Below, one piece after another: positions 43,188-53,573 of a stretch of 64,000 bases of DNA. The stretch spans positions 20,354 through 84,353 of the forward strand of contig CAKJXZ020000024.1 in NCBI GenBank assembly GCA_918234285.1, read 5' to 3'. Numbering within the stretch: position 1 is the stretch's first letter; every line of letters starts with the position of its first letter. The notes under the pieces are model-generated. The model saw nothing but the letters and a program-made list of their open reading frames with translations, ran no database searches and was not told the DNA's origin. A program made the translations under genes and the position numbers. The stretch is from Pseudomonadota bacterium (GTDB lineage Bacteria > Pseudomonadota > Alphaproteobacteria > RF32 > CAG-239).

Positions 43188-44105
43188 TTATTCCTCGTCT
43201 CTGTTTGCATATTTTGCCAACGGATGTTTTTGACATACGGTATCGAGAAGTTTTTGCGACGTGATATGGGTATATATCTCCGTTGTGGTAATATTTTCGT
43301 GCCCGAGCATTTTTTGCACCGAACGCAAATCGGCATCGTTATTCAATAAATGCGTGGCAAACGAGTGGCGCAGGACGTGCGGTGAAATACGTGACGGATA
43401 AATACCGCATTCTGCCGCCAGCTTTTTCAAATCCTTAAAAAACGCATCGCGAGTCAGATGTCCGTCAACTGCCGTCAATGATGGGAACAGATAATTGGAA
43501 TGAGCATTCTTCTTTATAAATTCCTGTCGCAACTCGGCATATTTTTGCAAAGTGTTTCCGGCGCGTTTTGCCATCGGCACAATGCGTTCCTTGCTGCCTT
43601 TGCCGAAAATGGTAACTTGCCCTTTATCAAAATTTACGGCCGTTATCGGCAGTGCCACCAATTCGGAAACCCGCATTCCGGTTGCATACATCAGCTCAAT
43701 CATTACGGCGATTCGCTGGATTCGGTAATCATCACTGGAGGCCGCGGCTTCAATCAAGTTTTTTATTTCCTCGGCGCTTAAATATTTCGGCAACGGCTTT
43801 TCTTGTTTCGGTGTCAAAATATTTTGCGCCGGATTATCGCTGATGACTTTTTCCGAATACAAAAACTTGCAAAATTCTTTTATTACCGAAAGCTTGCGGG
43901 CAATGGTTTTGGGTGCGAATTGTCGCGAATGTAAATCCTGCAAAAAAGATTCTACCGCCTGTTTGGTAATATCGGCGGCTTCGGTAAAATTACCGAATAT
44001 GATGAACTGTCGCAAATCGCTTTCGTAGGCGCTGATGGAATTTTGGGCAGAACCTTTTTCTGCCGCCATCATTTGCAAAAAGTTATCAACTTCGCGGCCG
44101 AGCAT
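43188..44105 (-). CDS. xerD: Tyrosine recombinase XerD
   Basis: YATGMRVSEL, GKGSKERIVP, SPHVLRHSFATHLL, LGHENITTTEIYTH; divergent from aroK as in alphaproteobacteria. Confidence 0.9.
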   Translation of the reverse strand: MLGREVDNFLQMMAAEKGSAQNSISAYESDLRQFIIFGNFTEAADITKQAVESFLQDLHSRQFAPKTIARKLSVIKEFCKFLYSEKVISDNPAQNILTPKQEKPLPKYLSAEEIKNLIEAAASSDDYRIQRIAVMIELMYATGMRVSELVALPITAVNFDKGQVTIFGKGSKERIVPMAKRAGNTLQKYAELRQEFIKKNAHSNYLFPSLTAVDGHLTRDAFFKDLKKLAAECGIYPSRISPHVLRHSFATHLLNNDADLRSVQKMLGHENITTTEIYTHITSQKLLDTVCQKHPLAKYANRDEE

Positions 44106-44107
44106 TT

Positions 44108-44263
44108 TTATTTTTCGAGTTTTAATTCAACATCTTGCGAAACGTGTTCCGTCGGTGCCGGAATGTCTTGCATCGCTACTACACCGACACCGATAATGAG
44201 TGCAAGCAACACAGTATAAACGATGATTCTGGAGTTATTTTGTTTGGAATAAGAGTTTCTCAT
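44108..44263 (-). CDS. Small single-TM protein
   Basis: One hydrophobic segment, ends 2 nt before the xerD start; start uncertain. Confidence 0.55.
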   Translation of the reverse strand: MRNSYSKQNNSRIIVYTVLLALIIGVGVVAMQDIPAPTEHVSQDVELKLEK

Positions 44264-44349
44264 TTTATTTTTTCCCATAAGTGTTAAAAGATATTGATTA
44301 TATATTAACAAGGTTATATGCTGAGGTCAATAGTTAAGAACATAAAGAA

Positions 44350-44922
44350 ATGAAAATGCCTAAAATAAATAAAATAATATTGTTGGTCGGGTTGATGGGA
44401 AGCGGAAAAACAAGCGTCGGTAAGCGGTTAGCGCGCCGATTGTCGTTGCCGTTTGTCGACGGAGATCAGGAAATTGAAAAAGCGGCCGGACTTTCATTGG
44501 TTGATGTATTGAAATGCTTTGGCGAAAAAGAGTATCGCGCCGGCGAAGAACGGGTAATGAAACGCTTGTTGAAAGGGGCTCCGTGTGTGCTTGCTTCCGG
44601 CGGCGGTTCGTTTGTGGCGGAAACAACACGTGAATTGGCAAAGGAAAATGCGCTGACAATCTGGCTCAAGGCCGATATCAATACATTGTATCATCGTACT
44701 GCCGGACGCACTCGTCGACCGTTTTTGCTTGGCGATAACGAAACGGTTAAAAATAAATTGCAGGAATATATAACCGAGGAATATCCGTATTATTCCGAGG
44801 CCGATATTGTGGTCGAAACGCGCGATGAACGGGTTGAAAATACCGTGCGTCACGTGATTGCCGCCATCAACAGATTTTATAAACAAAACAAACAACAAAG
44901 GAAAGAGAATGCGTCCGAATAA
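44350..44922 (+). CDS. aroK: Shikimate kinase
   Basis: GLMGSGKTSVG, DQEIE, GEKEYR, SGGG, RPFL. Confidence 0.92.
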   Translation: MKMPKINKIILLVGLMGSGKTSVGKRLARRLSLPFVDGDQEIEKAAGLSLVDVLKCFGEKEYRAGEERVMKRLLKGAPCVLASGGGSFVAETTRELAKENALTIWLKADINTLYHRTAGRTRRPFLLGDNETVKNKLQEYITEEYPYYSEADIVVETRDERVENTVRHVIAAINRFYKQNKQQRKENASE

Positions 44923-45619
44923 TCGTACGGCCGAACAGATGCGTCCGTTGGAAATCATTACCGACGTTAACGCGTACGCCGAAGGCTCTTGCTTAATCAA
45001 AATTGGCAATACTCACGTTTTGTGCACCGCCAGTATTGATAAAAACGTGCCGGCGTGGCTTAAAGGGCAAAACCGCGGCTGGATTACCGCCGAATACGCG
45101 TTATTGCCGCGGGCAACGCAAACTCGTGTGGCACGCGAAACCAAAGGGGTGGGCGGCCGCACCCACGAAATTCAGCGACTTATCGGTCGTTCTTTGCGAG
45201 CGGTTACCGACCTGACGGCAATGCCGGAAATTTGTGTGCAAATTGATTGCGATGTGTTGCAGGCGGACGGAGGAACGCGAACTGCGTCAATTTCCGGCGC
45301 ATTTGTGGCTTTATATAAAGCAATGCAAAAAATGGTAAAAGACGGTGAGTTGCCGCGCAATCCGATTCGCGAATATGCTGCGGCCGTTTCGTGCGGAATA
45401 TATGACGGAGAGCCGATTCTCGATTTGGAATATGCGGAAGATTCGCACGCCGATGCCGATACCAATTTTGTGCTGACCGAAAGCGATCGGATTATTGAAA
45501 TTCAAGCAACAGCCGAGGGAGCAACTTTCAGCGAGGCGGAGTTTAATGAATTGTTGCGTCTGGCAAAATCGGGGATTCATCAAATAATTCGCGCGCAGAA
45601 AAAAGTTTTGGAGGAATAA
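44909..45619 (+). CDS. rph: Ribonuclease PH
   Basis: MRPNNR, GWITAEY, GRTHEIQRLIGRSLR, LQADGGTRTASI. Confidence 0.96.
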   Translation: MRPNNRTAEQMRPLEIITDVNAYAEGSCLIKIGNTHVLCTASIDKNVPAWLKGQNRGWITAEYALLPRATQTRVARETKGVGGRTHEIQRLIGRSLRAVTDLTAMPEICVQIDCDVLQADGGTRTASISGAFVALYKAMQKMVKDGELPRNPIREYAAAVSCGIYDGEPILDLEYAEDSHADADTNFVLTESDRIIEIQATAEGATFSEAEFNELLRLAKSGIHQIIRAQKKVLEE

Positions 45620-46213
45620 ATGAAGATCAGCGAGATTTTGTTTGCCAGCCATAATGCCGGAAAAATTAAGGAAATCAAGCAAATGTTGGAACCGTTGGGA
45701 ATTACGGTTAAAACGGCGGCAGACATGGATTTACCCGACGTAGAAGAAACCGGCACTACATTTGCCGAAAATTCGCTGCTGAAATCGCAAACCATCGCAA
45801 AGGCAGTGGGCATACCGTGTATTGCCGATGATTCCGGATTGTGCGTTGATGCGCTTGACGGTGCTCCGGGTGTATATTCGGCGCGCTATGCTCCGAATCG
45901 CGATTTTGATAAGGGGATGGATAAATTACTGCAAGCTATGGAACAAAGCGGCAATAAAAGCCGTAAAGCTCATTTTTCGTGTGTTGTATCTTTAGCTTTT
46001 CCGGACGGTAAATATGAACTGTTTGAAGGCCGGGTTGACGGCACCATAGCCGGGCAAAAAATGGCGGGAGTTGAAGGTTTCGGTTATGATCCGCTGTTTA
46101 TTCCCGACGGTTATGACATCAGTTTTGCGCAAATGGCGAAGGCCGATAAAAACAAAATATCTCATCGCGGTCGTGCTATGCAAAAATTCAAGGAATATCT
46201 GACTTCGTTATAA
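45620..46213 (+). CDS. rdgB: Non-canonical purine NTP pyrophosphatase RdgB
   Basis: ASHNAGK, ADDSGL, PGVYSARY, GFGYDPLF, KNKISHR. Confidence 0.95.
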   Translation: MKISEILFASHNAGKIKEIKQMLEPLGITVKTAADMDLPDVEETGTTFAENSLLKSQTIAKAVGIPCIADDSGLCVDALDGAPGVYSARYAPNRDFDKGMDKLLQAMEQSGNKSRKAHFSCVVSLAFPDGKYELFEGRVDGTIAGQKMAGVEGFGYDPLFIPDGYDISFAQMAKADKNKISHRGRAMQKFKEYLTSL

Positions 46214-46223
46214 GGACTTTGCC

Positions 46224-49130
46224 ATGCAACAAAAAATATTCAACATCAGCGCCGGTGATTCGTTTGTTGATGTGTTGGCCGAGCGCTATTTAAAAATATA
46301 TGAAACGAATCCCGAAGGTTTGGCGCAAGTTTTGTTTTTGCTTCCTAACCGTAGAGCTTGTCAAAGTTTGGCTGATGCATTCGTACGTCAGCGCGGATTG
46401 ACTCCGACGATTCTGCCGCAGATGAAACCGTTGGCAGAGGCGGATGAGGATGAGGTGTTGCTGACATCCGATACGTCGGTACTGAAAGATTTGCCGCCGG
46501 CTATTGACGATACGGACAAGATTATGCAGTTTACCAAACTGATTTTGAAAAAAACGAGTCTGGGATTGGATGAGATTTCTTTGGCACAGGCTTATGCCTT
46601 AGCCCGTAATCTTTCGGCACTCAGAGATATGGTTTATAACGAAGGTTTGAGTTTTGATAAAATCGCGGATTTGGTGTCGTCGGAATATGCGGAACATTGG
46701 CAACAAACTTTGAAGTTGTTGGAAATTATAACCGAATATTGGCCGCAGATTTTGGCAGACCAAGGGAAAATCGACGAAGTCGAGCGCCGCAATTTATTGT
46801 TGCAGGCCGAGATGGACTTGTGGAAAAAAACACAAACCGAGCAACATATTGTGGTAGCCGGTACCACGGCGGCTTTTCCGATTTTGAAAGAGTTGGTTAA
46901 AACGGTTGAGGATTTGCCGCACGGTGAAGTTTATTTGTATGGGTTGGATAAATATTTAAACGATGACGAATGGGCAAAAATCGACGAGAATCATCCGCAA
47001 TATGAACTGAAGGAACTTCTGGATTATTTGCAAATTACCCGCGGCTCAGTTAAAAACATCGGCACCGATGTGTTTTCCGTACGGGAAAAGATAGTGGCGG
47101 AAACTTTTCGTCCGGCCGAAACTTCGGCCGCATGGCGTGATTTAACCACGCACCCTCTGCCCGAAAAAGCGTTTGAAAAAATTAAACTGATAAATTGCGA
47201 TGATATGCGACAGGAAGCTCAGGCGATTGCTCTGATTATGCGCCATACTCTGGAAAATCCGAACAGAACGGCCGCTTTGGTCACCATGGACCGTAATTTG
47301 TCGCGTCGAGTGGTGTCGGAGTTGCAAAAATGGAACATCGCTGCCGACGATTCGGCCGGAAAACCGCTGAGTCTGACACCTCCTGGCATCTACCTGCAAC
47401 TTATCTGCGAGTATGTGAGCGAACGCACCGATACGGCTTTAATTACACTGTTGAAACACCCGTTTACCTCGTGCGGTTTGGATGTTTCGACTTTTCACCG
47501 GTGTATAAAAGCGTTGGAATATGCTTTGCGTAATGGTGAAAATTTTGATGCCGAAACTCAGGCTTTTTACGATGACTTTTGTTCCCGCATTCAGCCGTTG
47601 CTGGATTTATACGAACAACCGGCGGTCGATTTGCAGACCATTTTTCTGACCCATATTCACGTGGCGGAGTGTTTGGCCGATACCGATGTTAAAATCGGGG
47701 CACAGATAATTTGGAAAAATGATGCGGGTAAAGTTGCCGCCGAATGGGTAAGCGATTTTGCAACCAAATGCGATAATATGGGAACGATAAAAACCGCGGA
47801 ATACGGCGCATTTTTAGCAACACTGCTGGCAGAACAAAGCGTGCGCACACGTTACGGTACTCATCCGCGTATAAAAATACTGGGACCGATTGAAGCCCGG
47901 TTGACCCAATATGATGTAACGATAATCGGCGGAGCCAATGAAGGGACATGGCCTAAAATTCCGGAAGCTGATATGTGGATGTCGCGGCCGATGAAAAGGG
48001 ACTTCGGGTTGTCGCAGCCGGAACGGCAAATCGGAGTGGCGGCCGCAGATTTTGCACATTTGATGAACGCTCCCGAGGTATATATCACTCGCTCCAAAAA
48101 GGTGGGAAAAGATCCGACCAACAAGTCACGGTGGTGGCTTCGTTTTGAAACCGTGCTTGAGGCCAATTTCGGCACCGAGGTTGCCAAACGGGCATTTGTT
48201 TATACTCAGCCGTATGCTTATTGGGCCAAAACGGCGGACCGTACCGGCGGATATCATCCGATTACGGCACCGCACCCGTGTCCGGAACTTAAGCGCCGGC
48301 CGAAGAGAATGTCGGCAACCAATATCGAGCGATGGATGCGCAATCCGTACGATATTTATGCTAAGTATATTTTGAATCTGTACCCTCTGGATGAATTGGA
48401 TGCCGAGCAGAAGCCTTACGATTTCGGTAATATGGTGCATGATTTGCTGAAAGAGTTTAATAATAAATACAACGGTGATTTTTATCCTGCGCCGGAAGAA
48501 GCGCGCAAAATTTTGTTGCAACGCGGGCGCGAGATGTTTGCAACCCAAGGCGTTCCTCCGGATGTTATGGCCTTTTGGTGGCCGAAATTCGAGCAACAGA
48601 TAGAATGGGTAATTTCGCAAGAAATTGAGATTCGCTCTGATATTAAGAATCTGTATAACGAAAAATCCGGCAAAATTTATTTGCCAAATCCGGCAGGCGG
48701 ATTATTTGAAATTTTTGCCAAAGCCGATCGCATCGAAAAATTAAAGAACGGTACGTTGAGTATTGTGGATTATAAAACCGGCAACGACAGCAGAAAACCG
48801 AAGGAAATAGAGAAATGTACGGCACCGCAATTACCGGTGGAAGGACTGATTGCGGCTCAGGGCGGGTTTGAAGACGTGTCGGCGGCGCCGGTTACAAAGT
48901 TACAATATTGGGCATTGAAAGAAGAAAAAATAAAGGAAATAAAAGATGCCGATTGTTTTAAATCTTTGGATAAAATGGAGCGACTTGTGCGCAATCTGAT
49001 TGAAGAATATGCCAATCCGCACCGGCCGTATAACGTTAAACCGCGTCCGGCCGATATTGATAAAAACTCAGATTATGACCACTTGGCGCGTTTGCAGGAA
49101 TGGTGCGTACACGCGGATAAGGAGAATTAA
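46224..49130 (+). CDS. addB: Double-strand break repair protein AddB
   Basis: LPNRRAC, AGTT, DDSAGKPL, GPIEARL, PD-(D/E)XK nuclease KADRIE..IVDYKTG. Confidence 0.93.
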   Translation: MQQKIFNISAGDSFVDVLAERYLKIYETNPEGLAQVLFLLPNRRACQSLADAFVRQRGLTPTILPQMKPLAEADEDEVLLTSDTSVLKDLPPAIDDTDKIMQFTKLILKKTSLGLDEISLAQAYALARNLSALRDMVYNEGLSFDKIADLVSSEYAEHWQQTLKLLEIITEYWPQILADQGKIDEVERRNLLLQAEMDLWKKTQTEQHIVVAGTTAAFPILKELVKTVEDLPHGEVYLYGLDKYLNDDEWAKIDENHPQYELKELLDYLQITRGSVKNIGTDVFSVREKIVAETFRPAETSAAWRDLTTHPLPEKAFEKIKLINCDDMRQEAQAIALIMRHTLENPNRTAALVTMDRNLSRRVVSELQKWNIAADDSAGKPLSLTPPGIYLQLICEYVSERTDTALITLLKHPFTSCGLDVSTFHRCIKALEYALRNGENFDAETQAFYDDFCSRIQPLLDLYEQPAVDLQTIFLTHIHVAECLADTDVKIGAQIIWKNDAGKVAAEWVSDFATKCDNMGTIKTAEYGAFLATLLAEQSVRTRYGTHPRIKILGPIEARLTQYDVTIIGGANEGTWPKIPEADMWMSRPMKRDFGLSQPERQIGVAAADFAHLMNAPEVYITRSKKVGKDPTNKSRWWLRFETVLEANFGTEVAKRAFVYTQPYAYWAKTADRTGGYHPITAPHPCPELKRRPKRMSATNIERWMRNPYDIYAKYILNLYPLDELDAEQKPYDFGNMVHDLLKEFNNKYNGDFYPAPEEARKILLQRGREMFATQGVPPDVMAFWWPKFEQQIEWVISQEIEIRSDIKNLYNEKSGKIYLPNPAGGLFEIFAKADRIEKLKNGTLSIVDYKTGNDSRKPKEIEKCTAPQLPVEGLIAAQGGFEDVSAAPVTKLQYWALKEEKIKEIKDADCFKSLDKMERLVRNLIEEYANPHRPYNVKPRPADIDKNSDYDHLARLQEWCVHADKEN

Positions 49131-49132
49131 AA

Positions 49133-52100
49133 ATGACGGATTTTGCCTTACAAAAAGAAGAACGAGCTCAAACCGCTTCGGCCCAGCAACGCAAAGCTGC
49201 AAATCCGGAAATGTCGGTATGGGTTGAAGCTTCGGCCGGTACCGGTAAAACCAAGGTACTTACCGATCGGGTTTTGCGTTTGTTGTTGAACGGAGTTAAT
49301 CCGATTCGCCTGTTATGTCTTACTTATACCAAAGCCGCCGCGGTTGAGATGTTGTCACGCATTTCGCAAAAGCTGAGCGAATGGGCGGTTAAAGATGAGG
49401 ATAAGTTGGATAAGGATTTGCACAATCTGCTTGAAGAAGAAATTAAATCGGCGGATGATTTGCGTCGCTATCGACAACAAGCCAGAACTCTGTTTGCCAA
49501 GCTGTTGGATACACCCGGCGGCATTAAAGTTCAGACTTTGCACAGTTTCTGCACCGATGTTTTGAAACGTTTTCCGCTCGAAGCCGGTGTTTCGCCGTAT
49601 TTCAGTGTTTTGGAAGATGAAGAAGTGCAAAAGGCTCTAACCCAAATAAAAGCGGGAATAGCACGAGATGATACCTCGGACAACGCTTTATTTGCGGCGG
49701 CTCGGGAGTATTTGATAAATAATGCGACGGAAAATACCTTCGGCAGTACGATACAGAAAATTATCGGCAATCGTCGGCAAATGGTAAAAATTATGGAAAA
49801 TCACGGCGGATTGGATGGTTTTTTGGCGGCGCTTTCCGCTCGGCTCGAGATTAAGGACAATGATACGCAGGAAAGTTTGAAAACGGAATTTATGGATGCG
49901 GTCCGGGTGCGAATTGATGAAATAAAAGCCATTATTGAAGCCTGGAAACACGGCTCTCCGTCTGATGTATCCAAGGCCGATAAATTACAAAAGATATTGG
50001 AGCGCGGTTTCATTCGGCAAGATTATGATGACTATAAAAGTTGCTACTTTGCTAAAACCACAAACACCTTGAATCAGGGTAAAAATTTAGCTACCAACGG
50101 TGCCAAAAATTTTGACCATTTGCTGTTGGACAGACTGAATTTTGAAGGTGATTTATTGCAGCAAACCGAACAAAAATTACTACGCCAAAAGTTGTACCAA
50201 TCCACCAAAGCCGCGTTTATCTTGGCAGAAGAAATCAATCGCCGTTATGAAAAATATAAGCAAGAGCAATCGTGCATGGACTTTGATGATTTGATTTTTC
50301 ATACGCGTAACCTGTTAGAAAATTCGAGCTCGCGACAATGGGTGTTGTATAAGCTGGACGGGGGTATAGACCACATTTTGTTGGATGAAGCGCAAGATAC
50401 ATCGCCGGAACAATGGGACATCATCGCCCGCCTGAGTGAAGATTTTTTCAGCGGCGACGGACAAAGCAATGTCAATCGTACGTTGTTTGTGGTTGGCGAC
50501 CGTAAGCAATCGATTTTCAGTTTTCAGGGAGCAGATCCCGATAAATTTGATAAAATGGCACGGGATTTCAAGGATAAAGCCGAGAAAGCGCAGAAGCCTT
50601 TTGAAAAAGTTGATTTGGACATCTCCTTCCGTTCTGCACCGGCAATTATGGATTCGGTCAATAAAATATTTGCCACCGACAAAGCCGCCGACGGCGTGGT
50701 TATAGAAAACCGAAAAGTTGAGCATAAACCATATCGTGTCGGGCAATTTGCCAAGGTGACGATTATGCCGCTGATGGAGCCGGAAGAAAGTGAAAAGGTT
50801 CACAATGAAGATGAGTATATGCACACACCGATGGAACGGGTGTATAAAACCGCATTGGTTACCAAAATGGCAGAAGCTACCGCACACCGGATTCGGCAAC
50901 TGATTGATGCTCGTGCCCAAACCGATAAGCCGTTGCATTATCGCGATATTATGGTTTTGGTGCGTACCCGCAACGATTTTGTAGAAGAATTTATCCGTGC
51001 TTGCGAAAAAGAAAATGTGGCGGTTTCCGGTGCCGATAAAATGGTGCTTTCCGAACAAATCGCCATTCAGGATTTAGTTTCGCTCGGTAAATTTTTATTA
51101 TTTCCGCAGGATAATCTGTCTTTGGCCGAAGTTCTGACCTCGCCGCTGTTTTCCATCAATGGAGAATTGTTGGAAGATTTATGTTACGGCCGTCAAAAAA
51201 ACGAAACGCTGTGGGACAGAATGGGGCATGAGCCGCGTTGTGCCGAAATTTACAGCCAGTTGGTAACGTTGCTCAATAATTTGGATTATATTCGCCCGTT
51301 CGAACTGTTCAATTTCGTGCTCTCAAAAATGGAAGGACGCCGCAAGTTTATTTCGCGTATGGGACAAGAAGTCGAAGATGCATTGGATGAATTTTTGAAT
51401 TTGTCATTAGATTATGAGCAACATCAAATTCCGAGTTTGCAAGGATTTATCTCTTGGTTTGAACAAAGCAATCGCGTCATCAAGCGCGAGAGTGATGATC
51501 AGGAAACCGATGCGGTGCGATTGTTTACCGTACACCATTCCAAAGGTTTGCAGGCGCCGATAGTCTTTTTGCCCGATACCGGAACCGTTCCGAAAAATGC
51601 CAAAGAAAATGCCTTTTTACAAGATAACGAGCTCGGGTATTATCCGTTGAACGCAAGTTATTACGATGAATACTGCACCGCTCTCAATCAGAAAAAAGCG
51701 CTCAAATCCGCTCAGGAATATCATCGTTTATTGTATGTTGCTTTGACCCGTGCCGAAGATGAACTTTATATCGGAGCTTACGGGAGTCGCAATGCCGATT
51801 CCTGGTATGAATTATGCCGCAGGGCTTTTGATGTTGACGATGTTAAGAGAGATGTTGAGATTGAAGAGATTTCGCAGGAGTTTGTGGCAAAAGAGCAAAA
51901 GAAAAAGAACGTTCTGACAATGGGAGAATTTGCTTTTGAACCATGGATAGCGGCAAATCTGGAGCCGGAAAAAGCGTTGGCCAAACCGTATACACCGTCC
52001 AAGGAAGATACGGATGAAGAACCGGATTCGGCTTCTCCGTTGGCCGATAATAAAAAATTTTACCGCCGCGGTACACTGATTCATCGCTTATTGCAATTTT

Positions 52101-52519
52101 TACCGCATAATGCCGGCAATCAGGAAGAGGCCGTCGATATTTATTTGCAAAAGTATGCTACCGACTTTTCCGCTGCAGAATGTCAGCAGATAAAATCGGA
52201 AGTTATTCATCTGATAAATAATCCGGAATTTGCCGAAATTTTCGGCCCGTGTTCCAGAGCCGAGGTGCCGATAATGGGCGCGGTTGCCGACAAAATCATC
52301 TCGGCGCAGATTGACCGCTTGGTAGTGTTGCCGGATAAAATTATGATTGTTGACTTCAAAACCAATCGACCGGCCTGTAAAAGCGTTGAGCAAACACCGA
52401 GTGTGTATCTCAATCAGCTCAATACGTATGCCGAACTGGCAGCGCGCATCTATCCGCATAAACCGATTGAAACTTATATTTTATGGACCAACGAAACGCG
52501 GTTAATGCGAGTTGCGTAA
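49133..52519 (+). CDS. addA: Double-strand break repair helicase/nuclease AddA
   Basis: ASAGTGKT, LDEAQDT, VGDRKQSIFSF, SKGLQAP, YVALTRA, IDRL..VDFKT. Confidence 0.95.
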   Translation: MTDFALQKEERAQTASAQQRKAANPEMSVWVEASAGTGKTKVLTDRVLRLLLNGVNPIRLLCLTYTKAAAVEMLSRISQKLSEWAVKDEDKLDKDLHNLLEEEIKSADDLRRYRQQARTLFAKLLDTPGGIKVQTLHSFCTDVLKRFPLEAGVSPYFSVLEDEEVQKALTQIKAGIARDDTSDNALFAAAREYLINNATENTFGSTIQKIIGNRRQMVKIMENHGGLDGFLAALSARLEIKDNDTQESLKTEFMDAVRVRIDEIKAIIEAWKHGSPSDVSKADKLQKILERGFIRQDYDDYKSCYFAKTTNTLNQGKNLATNGAKNFDHLLLDRLNFEGDLLQQTEQKLLRQKLYQSTKAAFILAEEINRRYEKYKQEQSCMDFDDLIFHTRNLLENSSSRQWVLYKLDGGIDHILLDEAQDTSPEQWDIIARLSEDFFSGDGQSNVNRTLFVVGDRKQSIFSFQGADPDKFDKMARDFKDKAEKAQKPFEKVDLDISFRSAPAIMDSVNKIFATDKAADGVVIENRKVEHKPYRVGQFAKVTIMPLMEPEESEKVHNEDEYMHTPMERVYKTALVTKMAEATAHRIRQLIDARAQTDKPLHYRDIMVLVRTRNDFVEEFIRACEKENVAVSGADKMVLSEQIAIQDLVSLGKFLLFPQDNLSLAEVLTSPLFSINGELLEDLCYGRQKNETLWDRMGHEPRCAEIYSQLVTLLNNLDYIRPFELFNFVLSKMEGRRKFISRMGQEVEDALDEFLNLSLDYEQHQIPSLQGFISWFEQSNRVIKRESDDQETDAVRLFTVHHSKGLQAPIVFLPDTGTVPKNAKENAFLQDNELGYYPLNASYYDEYCTALNQKKALKSAQEYHRLLYVALTRAEDELYIGAYGSRNADSWYELCRRAFDVDDVKRDVEIEEISQEFVAKEQKKKNVLTMGEFAFEPWIAANLEPEKALAKPYTPSKEDTDEEPDSASPLADNKKFYRRGTLIHRLLQFLPHNAGNQEEAVDIYLQKYATDFSAAECQQIKSEVIHLINNPEFAEIFGPCSRAEVPIMGAVADKIISAQIDRLVVLPDKIMIVDFKTNRPACKSVEQTPSVYLNQLNTYAELAARIYPHKPIETYILWTNETRLMRVA

Positions 52520-52607
52520 AAAAAGTGTTGTAATTATTTTGTTTATCTTTAATATGAATACAAACAGAATATATTTACGGCACAATTAATAACATGAGGA
52601 GAAAAAT

Positions 52608-52925
52608 ATGACGCAACCTTTAACAGACAGCCAGTTCGGCGAGAACGTATTAAATGCCAAAGGCTTGGTATTGGTGGATTTTTGGGCGGAATGGTGCGGA
52701 CCTTGCCGTCAGCTCGGACCGATTTTGGAAGCAATTGATAATGAAATCGGTAGTGATGTGAAAATCTATAAGATGAACGTTGACGATTCGCCGGCGATTG
52801 CCGGACAGCTCGGGATTCGCAGTATTCCGACCATGTATCTGTTTAAGGACGGAAAACAGGTTGATTTTAAAGTTGGCCTGAATACGCAATCCACTATTCA
52901 GGATTGGATTCAATCATATAAATAA
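52608..52925 (+). CDS. trxA: Thioredoxin
   Basis: DFWAEWCGPC, SIPT. Confidence 0.97.
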   Translation: MTQPLTDSQFGENVLNAKGLVLVDFWAEWCGPCRQLGPILEAIDNEIGSDVKIYKMNVDDSPAIAGQLGIRSIPTMYLFKDGKQVDFKVGLNTQSTIQDWIQSYK

Positions 52926-52950
52926 AATTACTTCGTTGAAGATAATCAAG

Positions 52951-52977
52951 AACCGTGCAAAGTCGCACGGTTTTTTT
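52951..52977 (+). terminator. Terminator after trxA
   Basis: AACCGTGC-aaagtc-GCACGGTT followed by T tract. Confidence 0.8.
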
Positions 52978-53014
52978 ATTGTACATATATTGCCGTAAGT
53001 GTAACCGCTACTTT

Positions 53015-53425
53015 TTATCCTTCGCGCTCGCCCGGCTTAAATTTCTTTTTGAACGCGGCGTATCCGGACTTAAGATTTTCACTCCGTTTTTTATCTGCCT
53101 CATCTTTATTCTGATTATTCCTTTTTGCAAGAATTCGATTAACACATATCTCGCTTTTATAGGCTGTACTTTTAATCAAATCTTTGTAGTAAATACCGCC
53201 ATTTTTTGATTTAGGGCAATCATATTTTTCGTTTAACTCATTATTGCATAATATTTTCTCATTTTCCGGCATCTCAGGCAATCCGAACAAAGAGGATAAA
53301 TCCGGATTATAGTAGCAATAAAAACCTTCACCGATTTTTTGCGGCGCACCTTCTAAGGAAGTCAGTTGATTGCTGCCGCAATTATATTTATGTCTAACAA
53401 TAGCATAAAATGCCGCAAAACGCAA
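53015..53425 (-). pseudogene. Probable 3' remnant of a leucine-rich-repeat protein gene
   Basis: CGSNQLTSLEGAPQKIGEGFYCYYNPDLSSLFGLP is an LRR unit starting almost at the ORF start; only a TTG start. Confidence 0.5.
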
Positions 53426-53465
53426 CAGAATTTTACGGGATTTTCCTTATTCCTAATGCCGATTT

Positions 53466-53573
53466 TCAATCAATATAGCGGTAAATCGCCTGCATGGCCG
53501 GCGACGGTTGTCCGGTTTGATTTGTCCCTTCCGTCGGAGTTTGCCCCGTCGGTTGTGCCGGTGAAGGTGCAAG
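53466..53573 (-). pseudogene. Start-less Q/P/T-rich linker fragment (LAPSPAQPTGQTPTEGTNQTGQPSPAMQAIYRYID*)
   Basis: GC-richer patch read manually, begins directly after the TAA of the upstream gene. Confidence 0.4.

Noticed and set aside
43188-44105. Tyrosine recombinase as a mobile-element integrase
   Set aside because: XerD-type motifs and the usual position divergent from aroK.
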